From the NCBI GenBank assembly GCA_951406725.2, contig OX597814.1, positions 121,954,001-122,018,000 of the forward strand: a stretch of DNA of 64,000 bases, written 5' to 3'. The notes under the pieces are model-generated. The model did not search any database, had not been told where the DNA came from, and saw nothing but the letters and a program-made list of their open reading frames with translations. A program made the position numbers and the translations under genes. This stretch comes from Octopus vulgaris (Eukaryota). Positions 14,220 to 27,220 of this stretch are shown piece after piece; the first letter of the stretch is position 1, and every line of letters starts with the position of its first letter.

Positions 14220-14492
14220 CATATATACGACGGGCAAGTTTCAGTTTCCATCTACCAAATCCACTCACATGGCTTTGGTCAGCCTGAGGCTATAGCAGAA
14301 AACACTTGTCCAAGGTGCCACGCAGTGGGACTGAACCCGGAACCGTGTGGTTCGTAAGCAAGCTATTTACCACACTGCCACTCCTACGCCTATGATAGGG
14401 TTTTCTTTTAAAGAATGAATGTATTTGAGGATCTACTCGAGTAAAATATTATTCGAAGATGTCCATAAGGAAAAACTGGTTGAGAACCACAG
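13803..14492. mobile_element. Possible hAT-type MITE interrupted by a SINE
   Basis: Right end GGTTGAGAACCACAG resembles hAT/Charlie-type TIRs. Left end CAGTGG is decayed. Confidence 0.3.
13964..14390 (-). mobile_element. SINE family A, full-length copy
   Basis: Reverse complement matches 33963-34333 and 3448-4022 along its length. Confidence 0.85.
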
Positions 14493-15224
14493 CTCTACAC
14501 AATATACAGCAGGCAAATATTCTGCTAAAGTTGTTATAAAGCAATCTATCAGAAATCATCGTTATTAGAACCCAGTTAATCACTGTTCTAGCACGTGAGA
14601 AGTAAATCAGTGGCGCTGTCTCAATATATGCGAGGAAAATATATCAAAACTCTTGTTTCCGGAAACAAGACGAAACATTCAAAATTTCTTTCACTGAACA
14701 ATTTTTAATGAAGCATTGTTAAACAGGCATATCCGGTCCTCATTAGAACCGAGACAGCATATTACTGGAATGCTACGTGAGAAAACAAAGCAGCCTCACC
14801 AGAGAATAGAAATAAAAATTTGATTGTAAATAAATAATTGAATAAATAAATAGAAATTTAAACACGAATGTTCTAACAACCAAAATTACACACGAATACG
14901 TACCTGCATTTATTGATTGTTTAGTCAACCACGTATGAACATATTAAATAAACACATTAAATGCCTACAAGAGACATTGTCACATACACCTGACTTTTGA
15001 TAATCAAACTACCACTGAATAATAAGAAAAAAATAATAATAACAATAACAACAGCAATAATAACAACAACAACAATAATATAAGTAAAATATAATACAGA
15101 ATTATATGACCAAGAGAAAGATTTTAATCAAATAAATGGAAATTTTATTGGCATACACACCACTTTTATTTTATTGCAATTTATTTTGTTTATTTACATT
15201 GATCGCTTTCGTATATATACATAC

Positions 15225-15320
<96 letters not shown>

Positions 15321-16004
15321 TAATTTATACGACTGGCACCTCACGTGTAGGCGTTTAATAAACACTTCGTTGAACAAGTGATTCGAAATTTTGAGAAAAA
15401 TATAAAACCACGCGGAATGGCAATAGATTGAACAGGAAACTTCGGGAAAAAGCAGACTTCACACGTACAAGTGGTTAAACTTGAATTTAATAAAATTAAT
15501 GGAGTAGAGGAGAATTATTGTGCTTTGTTTATAAAAACGAAAAATAAAATCAAGAGCCATCATATAAATTGAGATCTCTGGGTGAATATGTCCTTTGACA
15601 TCGTTCTTCTCTTGGGAGGCATGAAAATCAGAAAGAGAGAGGCGGAGGGTTTAATATTTCACAAGCTAACATGCTATCATAGCCACGAGCTGATGAAAGC
15701 AACACTCTCAAGCCATAAACATATCGAGAACCTTTTGAGGAGATGGAAGGACTCTACCACGCTCACAGCATTAAAGAGACTGATTCACAGGTTTTGAAAT
15801 TTACCGCAGTGAAGTTCTACCGTAATAAGGCGTTAGAATACGCATACACGCACGTGCGCTTGCTTGCACAAACGTGCGCACGCGTACGCATATATATTCG
15901 TGCATAAATCTCATTCTCACTTCCTCTTTTCTTATTTGTTTCTTTCTTTCTTTCTGTATCCCTATATATATGTATGTGTGTGTGTGTGTATACATACAAA
16001 TATA

Positions 16005-16360
16005 TTCTTTTAGTCTTTGGTCGAACAAATCTACCCCAGGACTTATTCTTTGTAAGCCTAGTACTTATTATATCGGTCTCTTTTGCCGAACCGCTAAGGC
16101 ATGGGGACGTAAACACACCAGCATCGGTTGTCAAGCGATGGTGGAGGGACAAACACAGACACACAAACAATCACACACACACATATACATATATATACGA
16201 TGGGCTTCTTTCAGTTTCCGTTTACCAGATCCACTCACAAGGCTTTGGTCGGCCTCAAATTATAGTAGAAGACACCTGCTCAAAGTAACACGCAGTGGGT
16301 CTGAACCCGGAACCATGTGGATGGTAAGCAAGCTACTTACCACAGGGCCACACCTGCGCC
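16005..16360 (-). mobile_element. SINE family A copy
   Basis: Reverse complement matches family A. The 3' tail is shortened. Confidence 0.8.
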
Positions 16361-16430
<70 letters not shown>

Positions 16431-16479
16431 CATATGTGTGTGCGTGCGCGTGTGTGTAAGTATGTTTATATATGTGTAC

Positions 16480-16521
<42 letters not shown>

Positions 16522-17043
16522 TTATGAATATATTTGTGTATATGTGTGCGTGTGTAAGTATGTCTATATATTTGTATGTGCGTCTAGATACATGTACACA
16601 TATGCATCTGCACATATCTAGGTTTATATTTGTAAACTCGATTGTGATTTTGTTGCTTGTGCACATGCATATGAGAGAGAGAGGAGGAGAAGAGTGAAGG
16701 AAGAACAGAATGGAGATAAGGCACAAAGAAGAAAGAGAGGCAAAGGAAAAGTGAAGGTAGCGCCATATCAACATGGCGACAGGCCACCAGCTAGAACCAG
16801 TAAAAGTTTATTTGTGGAATATTATTGTCTAATTATTTTCATCGCCTACTTTTGAATATGGTTGATTATTTTATAGGATGGAGAGTGTTATCGGTAGTGC
16901 GATATGTCAATAGAAATGAATGCTTGCAGTAATTATTTTTAATGAGAGTGTAAAATGGACATATGCGCGTAGGCTGTGTGTTAAGTGTATGTATGTATGT
17001 ATGTATGTATGTATGTATGTATGTATGTATGTATGTATGTATG

Positions 17044-17096
<53 letters not shown>

Positions 17097-17275
17097 GTAT
17101 ATGTATACATATACGTACATATACACACACACATATATAAATACATACGTATGTATATGTATGTACGTATATGTATACATGCATGCGTGTATATATATAT
17201 ATATATATATATATACAAGCACGCACATATGCATATATATATATATATATATACATGTATATATATATGTATATA

Positions 17276-17317
<42 letters not shown>

Positions 17318-17871
17318 TATATATATATATATATGTATGTATATTATATTTATGCATGTGTGTGCTTGTATGTATTGTATTTATGCGTATGTATATATAC
17401 ATATACATACATACACGCATGCATGTATATATATACGTACATACATACATAAACATATACATGCATACGTATAACACAATATATACTGCCATATGTTAGA
17501 TATGACGGTAGTCAACGCAGACGCCGGTTATAATTATTAGATTAATCTGCAGATATGTAGATATGTATCAGGGACGCACATATCTTGATGGACATCGAAA
17601 TATTTTGGACTAATTGGGGTATTTCACATGATCGATCAACAAAGCTTTTTACATACGGAACTCTGTTAATCAAGTCGATGCAATGCTAATTCATTGAAAT
17701 CAACGAGTGAACAATGTCCTGTACTAATGTACTTTATGCAAGTCGTACCACTTTATGGTTCTATACTACAAGCTAATGTAATAAATATTAGTGGACTCTA
17801 TGATAATATAGTGTTATTATGAATTCCATAGCAACATACTATGTTCTTCAGAGTGCAATGTGGGATATTGT

Positions 17872-17978
17872 ATGCCAGTACACTCGTCTGAAAGCCATTT
17901 ATTTACTTTTATATGTATAATTTTACCCTGACGGGCTATCCTTTACTGGAAGGCAATACTCTCGTATTGCATTAATAT

Positions 17979-18037
<59 letters not shown>

Positions 18038-18630
18038 TAAATAAATGGTACAACGAAGTACCGATATTTACTGGAAAATAGCGATCGTAATAAATACGAC
18101 GCTATTGTATAGCTTCACTGTTTATTTACTTTTATATGTATAATTTTAACCTGACGGGCTATCCTTTACTGGAAGGCAATACTCTCGTATTGCATTACTA
18201 TTTTCATTGAAACTTCTTCACTGTTCTCCTTCTGTTAACGTTTTGGCGTTCAGACGAGTGTACTGGCATAGATGTGGCAACATTTGAAATGTTGTCGAGG
18301 TATATGCAGCTGATGAAGACAAATCAAATATACGTTGGCAAACGTATTTTGAAGAGTCTGAAACCGGTACTGCATTATCCGTTTCTAGGTTTTTCATTTT
18401 TCAGATGTTCGTCCTAGAGGTAAGACAATTTTTTTAATGTTTGTTGCACACACGCATCTTTACTAGTACATACGCAGTAAAGCTATACATTAGCGTCGTA
18501 TTTATTACGTTCGCTATTTTCCAGTAAATATCGGTGCTTCGTTGTGCCATTTATTTACTTTTATATGTATAATTTTACCCTCACGGGCTATCCTTTACTG
18601 GAAAGCAATACTCTCGTATTGCATTACTAT

Positions 18631-18635
<5 letters not shown>
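17872..18635 (+). mobile_element. Penelope-type pseudo-LTR / retrozyme elements (429-bp unit) with 5' inverted segments, inserted in (TA)n
   Basis: An 86-bp block TTTATTTACTTT..TTTTCA occurs at 17898, 18121 and 18550. 18035-18120 is the reverse complement of 18475-18560. 17872-17897 is the reverse complement of about 18244-18269. Contains a hammerhead. Confidence 0.8.
18304..18375 (+). ncRNA. Type I hammerhead ribozyme (intact core)
   Basis: Stem I ATGCAG/CTGCAT, core CTGATGA (18310-18316), stem II AGAC..GTCT, GAAA, stem III C-CG-G, GTA triplet (cut after 18369). Confidence 0.85.
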
Positions 18636-18660
<25 letters not shown>

Positions 18661-18665
<5 letters not shown>

Positions 18666-18942
18666 TCATAAGACAAGCGAGCTCTCATATATACATAAGC
18701 AGTCCTCTTACCACCCTATAGTCTTTAAAAGTTTGATAGCTAGCATTAGTAATAGGATATCAAATTTATCTTCTTCTAAGCATATATTTGATAAAGCAGC
18801 CCCCTACTATAACAATGCCCAAGCTAACAGCGACTTCAAAGATAAAATATATTACAACTCTTTAACTAAAAATAAGAATCGTAAAACTAAACCAAAAAAT
18901 AGACCTAGGAAAATAATTTGGTTCGTACCCTTTCTCCATTAA
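18661..18942 (+). pseudogene. Remnant of a Penelope-like element reverse transcriptase (thumb/linker region)
   Basis: Translation YIHKQSSYHPIVFKSLIASISNRISNLSSSKHIFDKAAPYYNNA...KNRPRKIIWFVPF resembles, from recall, the PLE pattern YIHxxSNHPP..ISxRISxLSS..FxKAAPxYNxAL..RKIIWFNPP. Confidence 0.75.
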
Positions 18943-19167
18943 TGTTAATGACTCATAAACAAAGCCTCAAAGATTGCTTTAAGAAACCTGGCGTATTTTA
19001 TAAATATGCTTATTCAAGTACCATAATAGCATGAAACTATTAGCAGCACTTCAGTTATGTATTTTCATATATATATATATATATATACATACATATACAT
19101 ACATATATATATATATACATATATATATACATAAATATGTACATATATATATACAATATATACTTAC

Positions 19168-19250
<83 letters not shown>

Positions 19251-19769
19251 TATATATATATACACACATAGATACATAGCTGCTGATGATGATTCAATTT
19301 TCTTTTACAGTTAGATATTGTTCTAGGGCTGATGGATTCTAAATTTTGTGTTCGTGGTTTTTGTTGGATTAAGAAATAGTGACCAAGTGACTCAGAATTC
19401 TTGTAACGTTTCCCGCTTCTCGCACCCTGTTTTACATCGTGCCTAGTGCAGGATCCGATTATACTGCATTGCACTGATGATAGTGAATGGTAGTGTTGCA
19501 TATGATATGCTACTATGTATAGAGTGTTATTGTAACTTACTCAATAATTTGATAGTATACTCGTATTGGTGTGTATTAAAGTATAGAGTAGTAATATACT
19601 GTCCTGGCTTTGCCCCGGGTCTTGAAATCCTGATTGAATACTAGAAGCGGTGTTGTGACATAACAGGGAATTTTAGGCCTGGTAGCTCCATCCTTCTCTA
19701 AGCCTGACCGCAGCTGAATTCATCTAAAGAGAATGAGAGAGTCAAAGTGAAGAACCGACTCTTGTACAG

Positions 19770-19912
19770 GACTGAGAGTTTATTTAAAAACTCTTAACGG
19801 ATGAAAGGCACTGTTGAACCCGGTGATATTTGACCTCAGAGTGCAGAAAGCTGGAACGGATAACGCAATGCAATCTATTCGCTACGCTGACGTTTCATCT
19901 AATTCCCTGCCG
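19770..19912 (-). mobile_element. Highly diverged SINE family C relic
   Basis: GGATGAAAGGCA..ATTTGACCTCAGAG..ACGCTGACGTTTC parallels 34490-34588. Confidence 0.45.
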
Positions 19913-20402
19913 GCTCGATTCATGTAGCACCATACAGAGTAACGTGTAGGATTATATAAATCTATCAACTATAACACTAATATTCTGTGTTGCGCTTACA
20001 GTAGCGAAGCACGACATGATCCATAACAAAGTTTTCATGGCCACCACGATGATTTTTATGTCCTATTGTGTTGTATAATGTAACTAAAAGGTAAATTTAT
20101 ATTTTATAGTTCTTCGTTTCCTCAATTTTGGTCCCCTTTTCAAAATGGCTGCATAACACTCCTCTATTGCAGCGTATTGTACTATACAACACAAATGAAA
20201 ATATTGATGTACTGCACACATTGTTGATAATCTGCTCGCTGTAGATTATTGCATTTTTATCTCAGCTCCCTGTAATGGTTCGATAGATTCTCATATAAAA
20301 GTAAGTTATTAAGTTCTATTTAAGATAGATTGGTAGAAGGAAAGAGAGACAGAGATACAGAAGAATGGGAATCAGACAGAAGAATGGGAATCAAATAGGA
20401 GA

Positions 20403-20493
<91 letters not shown>

Positions 20494-21546
20494 TGTATAT
20501 GTATTTGTTTGCGAGTTTTTAAATATTTATTTATCTTACAATTTTATTCTTTTTTTGTCCTCACTGCTTTTTGTCTTTTGTTACAATTTCAATCAATAAC
20601 AGTATACATACATCGCAATACATATATATATGTGTGTGTGTGTGCGTGTATATGTGTGTGTGTATGCGTACGGCTGGATATATATGTATGTATGAATGTC
20701 TGTGTGTGTGTTTGTCTGTATGTGTGTATCATTGTTTCGTGTAAAATCATACAGAAAACTAAAAATTATTAACCAGCCCCTGAATTCTCACTACTGAATG
20801 CATTTAAGTAGATTATCAAAGGAAGGCATTATTTTAGAAAAAAAAAAAATTGAAAGGTAGTAGGCCGAAACTTCGAATTTACTGTCACCGCTCTTCTCTG
20901 GGAAGGTATTATAATACAATCTCAAAAAAATGTGTTGAATAATTCTTCGTCAAAAAACGAAGAATCGTTAGCACACCGGGAAAAAATGTTACCCTGATCG
21001 TATTTTTTTTTTTTTAACGTTTCCTTATAAATTTCATGACGTCATCTCTTGCAATTTCACGGATTCAAATCTGCTAAAGACAAATCTCCAGCAGAATTGC
21101 AGCCTGGTTGTATAAGAAAGAAAACTAGTAACCTTTAGTTACGTGGGAAATAATTGATATAACAAAGAATGTGCGATGCAACCTACCGCAATAGTATTGT
21201 TTTTAAAACAACGAACACCAACAAAGAAAGCAGTGAAGAGTGAAACATTTGCTAAAGGACATGTATAGTGATCTTTTGAAGTGGAGGTGTGGATAGTATT
21301 AGCTGTGTTGGATCAGTGGAATATATAATATCTATATTTCTTATTGTTCATGCATTGTAATTTCCATCTCTTTTCAGAGCCAAATATCTTATCTGGATCA
21401 ATGCATAGAGAAGATTTGTAAGATTTATGAGATGTAAGCATGTACACACACATACACACACACACACATATCTATATTCTCATCTATGAAGTTATTTTTC
21501 TCTCTTTCTTTCTCTCTCACGTTCTCTCATTTCATCTCTCTCGCTC

Positions 21547-21602
<56 letters not shown>

Positions 21603-22213
21603 GTATATATGTATGTATGTATATATGTATGTATGTATATATATATATATGTATGTATATATGTATGTATGTATGTATGTATATAGGTATGTATGTATGT
21701 ATATACATATACATATATCTATATGAAAATTTATACCTTACTAAGGGAATCGTTTAAAATATAGCGCACTCTCTCTATGCTATAAATCGATATGTGCAAC
21801 ACGATGTATTTTTATATGCGTTTTGAGACACATACGAAAATAGCATACATTTACTCGCTAAATCTCCATGATTAGCAGAATGTCTTTTATTTCTGCTTTT
21901 GAGCTCATTTCACGCCATATTAACTGGGCCCATCTGTTCCTTTCCATCTGATAACATTATAAAATTGGTCGTTATTTGCTCTTTGAACCGTAGGTAGATG
22001 CACTTTAACTCATTTTGCCAAATACTCAATGCCTGACATCAGAGTTATAATTGATTTCAAGATGTTTGTCAATCTTTTGCGTAATTTTGGAACATTAGGT
22101 ATTATTGATACCATTATTTTTAATTCTGTGCCCCTTTTAGTGTTTATCAACAGATACAAATATGAGCAGGTGTTTTGGTGTATATTTTGAGATATTCATT
22201 TCTTTCTACTTTA

Positions 22214-22224
22214 ATCTATCTAAA

Positions 22225-22292
<68 letters not shown>

Positions 22293-22293
22293 C

Positions 22294-22363
<70 letters not shown>
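22214..22363. repeat. (TATC)n microsatellite, left flank of the LINE
   Basis: Direct reading. It resumes at 24785-24808. Other GATA/TATC arrays lie at about 20407-20493, 36496-36678, 41007-41070 and 48508-48640. Confidence 0.95.
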
Positions 22364-24784
22364 ACCCTACGAGCTTTACAATTGTATGCCAGACTTGTTT
22401 GGAGATCTCTTGGCGGCGGTGTACTGCAACTGGCAGCAAAACGGGAGCATTCCTGGTTTTGTGAGCCGAGGAGCCGTAACACTGCTGAAGAAAGATCTAA
22501 ACAAGGGAAATGTAATAGATAACTTTAGGCCCATCACTCTGCTTAATGCAGACTTGAAAATTTTGGCCAAGGTGCTAGCCAAGAGGTTGGCGCTTGTCAT
22601 CGAGAAACTGGTCGACAAGGCGCAAACGTGCGCCGTGCCAGGCCGGACCATCCATGACAACCTCCATCTCATGCGCTACATCATAGACAGGGTAGTTAAC
22701 GAACCTGGCATGGGTGGGGCCCTGATCAACTTGGATCAATCGAAAGCCTTTGATAGGGTAGACCATCGATACTTGGAGGCAGTCCTGAGAGCGGCTGGTT
22801 CCGGTCCCGTCTTCCGCGGCTGGATAGCTGCCTTGTACAGAGGCATCCGTTCGGTAATTCGCGTAAATGGACTTCTATCGAGACCTTTCGACATTGCACG
22901 TTCGGTCCGTCAGGGATGCCCCCTCTCGGCGCTTCTATACGTATTGACTCTTGAGCCACTACTGCGGAAGCTGGCGACTCTAAGGGGCATCCCGCGAGAA
23001 TTGGGATGCGGGACGAGCGTGTCTGCATACGCGGACGACGTCACCGTCATAGTGTCTAGCCACGAGCACATCGAGCTGGTCGGCGAGACACTGAAAAACT
23101 ACGAAGCGGTGACAGGAGCGAAAATCAACCGGGAAAAGTCAGTGGGCTTGCGACTAGGCACCTGGAGAAGCAAGCCCATGCCGTCCACCAGCGCCTCCGT
23201 CGTGGGACGCTGGACCGACGGCCCGGTTGAGTTGCTCGGGGTCTGGTTTGGTCCGGACCTCCAAGTGGAGAAGAACTGGAACGAGATAACGAGTAGGGTG
23301 GTCACTCTCGCCCGGCAATGGGCCGAGAGGAAACTGTCCCTAAAAGGTCGAGCGGAGGTGGCGAACACGTACATCGCGTCCGTCATCTACTACCGCCTGA
23401 CCGTCGTACCTTGTCCCGACCCTACCATTACCAAACTACAACGCATTCTCTTTCGCTTCTTGTGGAAAGGATGCGTCCCGATGGTCAGGCGATCCATTTG
23501 CTGTCAACACCCGTTAAAAGGAGGGCTGGGCATGCCGTGGTTGATGATGCGCATACACGCGCTGAGACTGCGACATCTCTGGCTCTATGTAGACGACGGT
23601 GAACAGGTGTGGTCGCCGTTTGTGAGGCACGCTTTCCCGCAGCTCGTCTCCATGACCGAACTGCAGTCGTGGATCAAAAAGAGGCCGAAGAAGGGCGAAT
23701 GGCACCGCGAGTGTCGCGTTGCTCTCAAGCAACTCTGCTGTCCTGGGTCGACCTTAAGTGACTTCAACACAACCAAAGCATTCTATAGGGGTTTAGTGGA
23801 GGGGAGGTACGACGACGAGCTCGGGGCGAACCTGGACGTCGACGAGGAATACCTGACCCGCCTGTTCAGGACGACTTTCGGGCCAGGGCCCATGGACAAC
23901 TTCCAGAGATCCCTGGCCTGGCAGTGCTACCGAGAAGCGCTACCCGTTCGGGATAAGCTCTACAGACACGGCTCGAGAAACACGGGGCCGACCTGCCCGA
24001 GATGCGGTCAGAGCGACGAAACCGTTCTGCACGCACTCGTTCAGTGTCCAACAATTTCCGACCTGTGGGCTTATGTCGAACAACTGCTGTCACGTGTGGG
24101 ACGAGTCGGTTTATCAACTGAGTCTATCGTCAATATTGTCACGCCTCCTTCCTTCAAACGGGAAGGAAGAGCTATTTTCATCATCCTTGTGGCTATGGCG
24201 AAAGAATGTATCTGGTGGACGCGTCTGAAAGGATTGGAGACAAACACTTTCCTCTCTGGTCAATCTCTCATCAACTTCTTCAAGTACCACTTGAAAAGGA
24301 AAGTGAGAGTAGAGAGGCAAGTTTTGTCTAGCGAATGTTTTAAAAAAAGATGGGTGAATGTAGCAAGAATGGCACGTATGAATGACGAAGCCACCTTGAG
24401 CATAATCCTATGAACCCAGAAATTGAAAACAGAGAGTTGCTTATTTGCAAAAAAAAAAAAAAAAGAAATATAAAATGTGACTTCATTGACCGAGGTTACC
24501 GTGGTCTTTTCCGTAGGCTTTTCTTTCCACGGGTAAACCTCATCTGTCCTCCCCTTTACACTTCATATTGACATTTCTGTGATAACGATCCCTATTGATC
24601 ATTTTTTTCCTCTCCCCCTTTTTTTACCCCCCCCCTTTTTGTCCTCTTTCTCTCCTTTTACGATCCCTTTTGATCGAAACTCCCCCCTTTCTTTCTGTTT
24701 TTTTTTTTTAAACCTTCAAAAGAAAAGCTCTACCTTGTAATTTGTTCTATCTGTGTGCAGCCCTGTGTGGCTAATAAAGAAACA
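22364..24784 (+). mobile_element. 5'-truncated non-LTR retrotransposon, L1/Tx1 clade, inserted in a (TATC)n microsatellite
   Basis: GC-rich island in AT-rich DNA. The frame begins abruptly at P-Y-E-L-Y (end of the GPDGLPxEFY motif) right after (TATC)n. The 3' UTR (24414-24784) has A and pyrimidine tracts and ends AATAAAGAAACA, followed directly by TATCTATC. Confidence 0.92.
22386..24413 (+). CDS. ORF2 reverse transcriptase plus C-terminal CCHC zinc knuckle of the L1/Tx1-type LINE (N-terminally truncated; the ATG is an internal Met; no endonuclease domain present)
   Basis: 675 aa uninterrupted. Motifs FRPITLLNADLKILAKVLAKRL, INLDQSKAFDRVDH, SVRQGCPLS, YADD, LLGVWFG, and CPRC-x8-H-x4-C (zf-RVT-like). 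Confidence 0.93.
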   Translation: MPDLFGDLLAAVYCNWQQNGSIPGFVSRGAVTLLKKDLNKGNVIDNFRPITLLNADLKILAKVLAKRLALVIEKLVDKAQTCAVPGRTIHDNLHLMRYIIDRVVNEPGMGGALINLDQSKAFDRVDHRYLEAVLRAAGSGPVFRGWIAALYRGIRSVIRVNGLLSRPFDIARSVRQGCPLSALLYVLTLEPLLRKLATLRGIPRELGCGTSVSAYADDVTVIVSSHEHIELVGETLKNYEAVTGAKINREKSVGLRLGTWRSKPMPSTSASVVGRWTDGPVELLGVWFGPDLQVEKNWNEITSRVVTLARQWAERKLSLKGRAEVANTYIASVIYYRLTVVPCPDPTITKLQRILFRFLWKGCVPMVRRSICCQHPLKGGLGMPWLMMRIHALRLRHLWLYVDDGEQVWSPFVRHAFPQLVSMTELQSWIKKRPKKGEWHRECRVALKQLCCPGSTLSDFNTTKAFYRGLVEGRYDDELGANLDVDEEYLTRLFRTTFGPGPMDNFQRSLAWQCYREALPVRDKLYRHGSRNTGPTCPRCGQSDETVLHALVQCPTISDLWAYVEQLLSRVGRVGLSTESIVNIVTPPSFKREGRAIFIILVAMAKECIWWTRLKGLETNTFLSGQSLINFFKYHLKRKVRVERQVLSSECFKKRWVNVARMARMNDEATLSIIL

Positions 24785-26389
24785 TATCTATCTATCTATC
24801 TATCTATCAATTATATGAGTCGAGTCATCTTTTTCTCTGTCAATCTAGATACTTGTCTTCCCTTTATCTCTCTGTCTTTCTCTTCCTCTTTTACCTTCTC
24901 TCTCTATTTTTATATTTATCTACCTATCTATCGATCTATATATGTTTGTATGTGTTGGCGTATATACAGATACATAGTTTTGTATGGGCGGAGGCATGCC
25001 TGTACTTTAATGGTTTCTTGTTAAATTCCATACTCAGTAACCTGATGAGATGCCTGTTCCTATACATTCGGATCAGACAAACCTTCTGAGTGAAATTTGG
25101 TAGATGAATGCCAGGAAACAAAACTCGAGCGGCAATTGTTAGTCACTGTTGATGAAAAGAGAGATAATTTTTATAAATTCAGATTGGTTTCAAGATTGAA
25201 TGAATATTCTTACGATAAAATATTTTGATTACTGTTTCTGGGGTGAGATCAGAAATTTATTGATGTTAAATGACCAAAAAGAAGAGCACTCAAAGAGGGC
25301 AGTACCAAGACTTTTTAGCCAAAAGTGCAGGGAACTGAAGAACATGTATAGTTTTTCTTTTTTAATTTAAATTTCGTAGAAATGAAAACCTGGCGATAAT
25401 ATTTAGGAATTTTGAATGAGATTGCGGAATCATATCAAGAAATTAAGAATAATTTCACGTTTGAATTAACATGCATATGACAAAAATAACAACCTTATAT
25501 GTTTCGGAATAATGAAGCCGATACTCATATGTTACTGCCATGGTTAAACCTCCGGTATTACCCTGGTTTCTTATATAAATTATTTATCATTGATATTGCA
25601 TACCTATGATATCTGTAGAAATATAGCCCCAGACACAAAAGCTATCAATTAATTTATCTATGCAGTCGTCAACTTTTCCTTTCGTCAAGATTTTTGACCC
25701 AAAGTTTACTTCTCTTATTTACAGCTTTACGTGTATGTCTCGGTTACTTTATATTATATAACTGATGGGGTATTATAAACTGGATCGCTAACCTATACAT
25801 CAATTAAGAATGTACACAACAAAAGGGACACACTTTTAACAAGAGGAACGCGAGGTATAATCAACACGTGAACATGATTCGAAGTTCTAATGTTAAATTT
25901 CAGTATACACCATCGTATATAGAATTGAACGAAAATACTGTCAACATACAAATCTTTCCTCTGTTGGATATCGAGTAAAACAATTGTACACAAAAAGTTT
26001 GCGTTGAGAACATCTTTATGTATTCAATGTTTTACTTTAAGGAATTCAAAATATGGAAGCTGGTATTATTAAGGATTTTGTATATGTCTCTAAGCTACAT
26101 CTATGACGAATGTTTTCAAGTAAGTTTCTGTTAGTATTTTAGAAGTTTACTTCGCAACTACGTACTTTCGGGAATGGGCACTTTGCGCAAATTTGTTCTG
26201 TCTTACCTCCAGCTCCATCCACATCAAGTGAGTGAAAGTTGGTGATTCAAAGTTAGTTGGAAGCTCGTTCGTACGTTAATCTTAATCCGTTGCCCTGTTT
26301 AATTCTAACCACAATTTCACTCATTACTGATTTAAACTGAAACCATTTTGCGCTAAGAAAGGTGCCAAGCCGAGGATTAACATTATCTT

Positions 26390-26515
<126 letters not shown>

Positions 26516-26587
26516 TTTTTTGGGGGTTTTCAAAAGCATAAATTCGGAGAAGCACACTTTAAGAAGTAGAGCAGTCTATATTAAATA

Positions 26588-26721
26588 CTGGTGAAGGCCA
26601 GTTTCAAGGGTTACCCGGGGTTTTTCGCCATATAGGCTACCTTTATGGCGTATCTTTAAACCCTAAGATACGCCTTTATGACGAGAAACCCAGGGTAAAC
26701 CTAGAAAGCGGCCTTCACCAG
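26588..26721. mobile_element. Small MITE with long TIRs and TA flanks (Tc1/mariner-type)
   Basis: TA-CTGGTGAAGGCC...GGCCTTCACCAG-TA. Imperfect inverted arms of about 50 bp plus an internal hairpin GGCGTATCTT/AAGATACGCC. Confidence 0.7.
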
Positions 26722-27147
26722 TAATCTATATATATATATAAGAGTGGGGAGAGAGAAACAGCAACATAGATGGATTGAGAGAAAGAGAGACAAACAGACA
26801 GACAGACAGAGACAGAAAGAGAAAGAGAATGATCAAAACACGTGCAGTTTAGGGTTAGGGAGGAAACATTATGTTAGAAAAAAAGTTTAAAGATTCGATC
26901 GGATGAACGCAACCGGAACGATTTTGATCAAAGGTCCTTTCATTTGGAGCTAAACAGCAAGAATATGAATATATTCGTAAGAGTAAATGAGGGGACATAT
27001 ATATAGTGAGTCAATCAACTAGAAACAACAGCCAAATTACTGTCAAATAAACATTATAAAACCATAAAAATGATGTAGACAATGCATTTATACCCGAAAA
27101 TTGAAATAAAATCAGGGATTGCTACTGCTGAAACGCCCCTGATTGAA

Positions 27148-27220
<73 letters not shown>

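Noticed and set aside
16866-17499. Long YI/YVCM-type ORFs here and throughout the window
   Set aside because: Stop-free by construction in TA/TATG/CA repeats. Not genes.
22376-24320. Overlapping antisense and alternative-frame ORFs within the LINE
   Set aside because: By-products of the GC-rich RT coding sequence.
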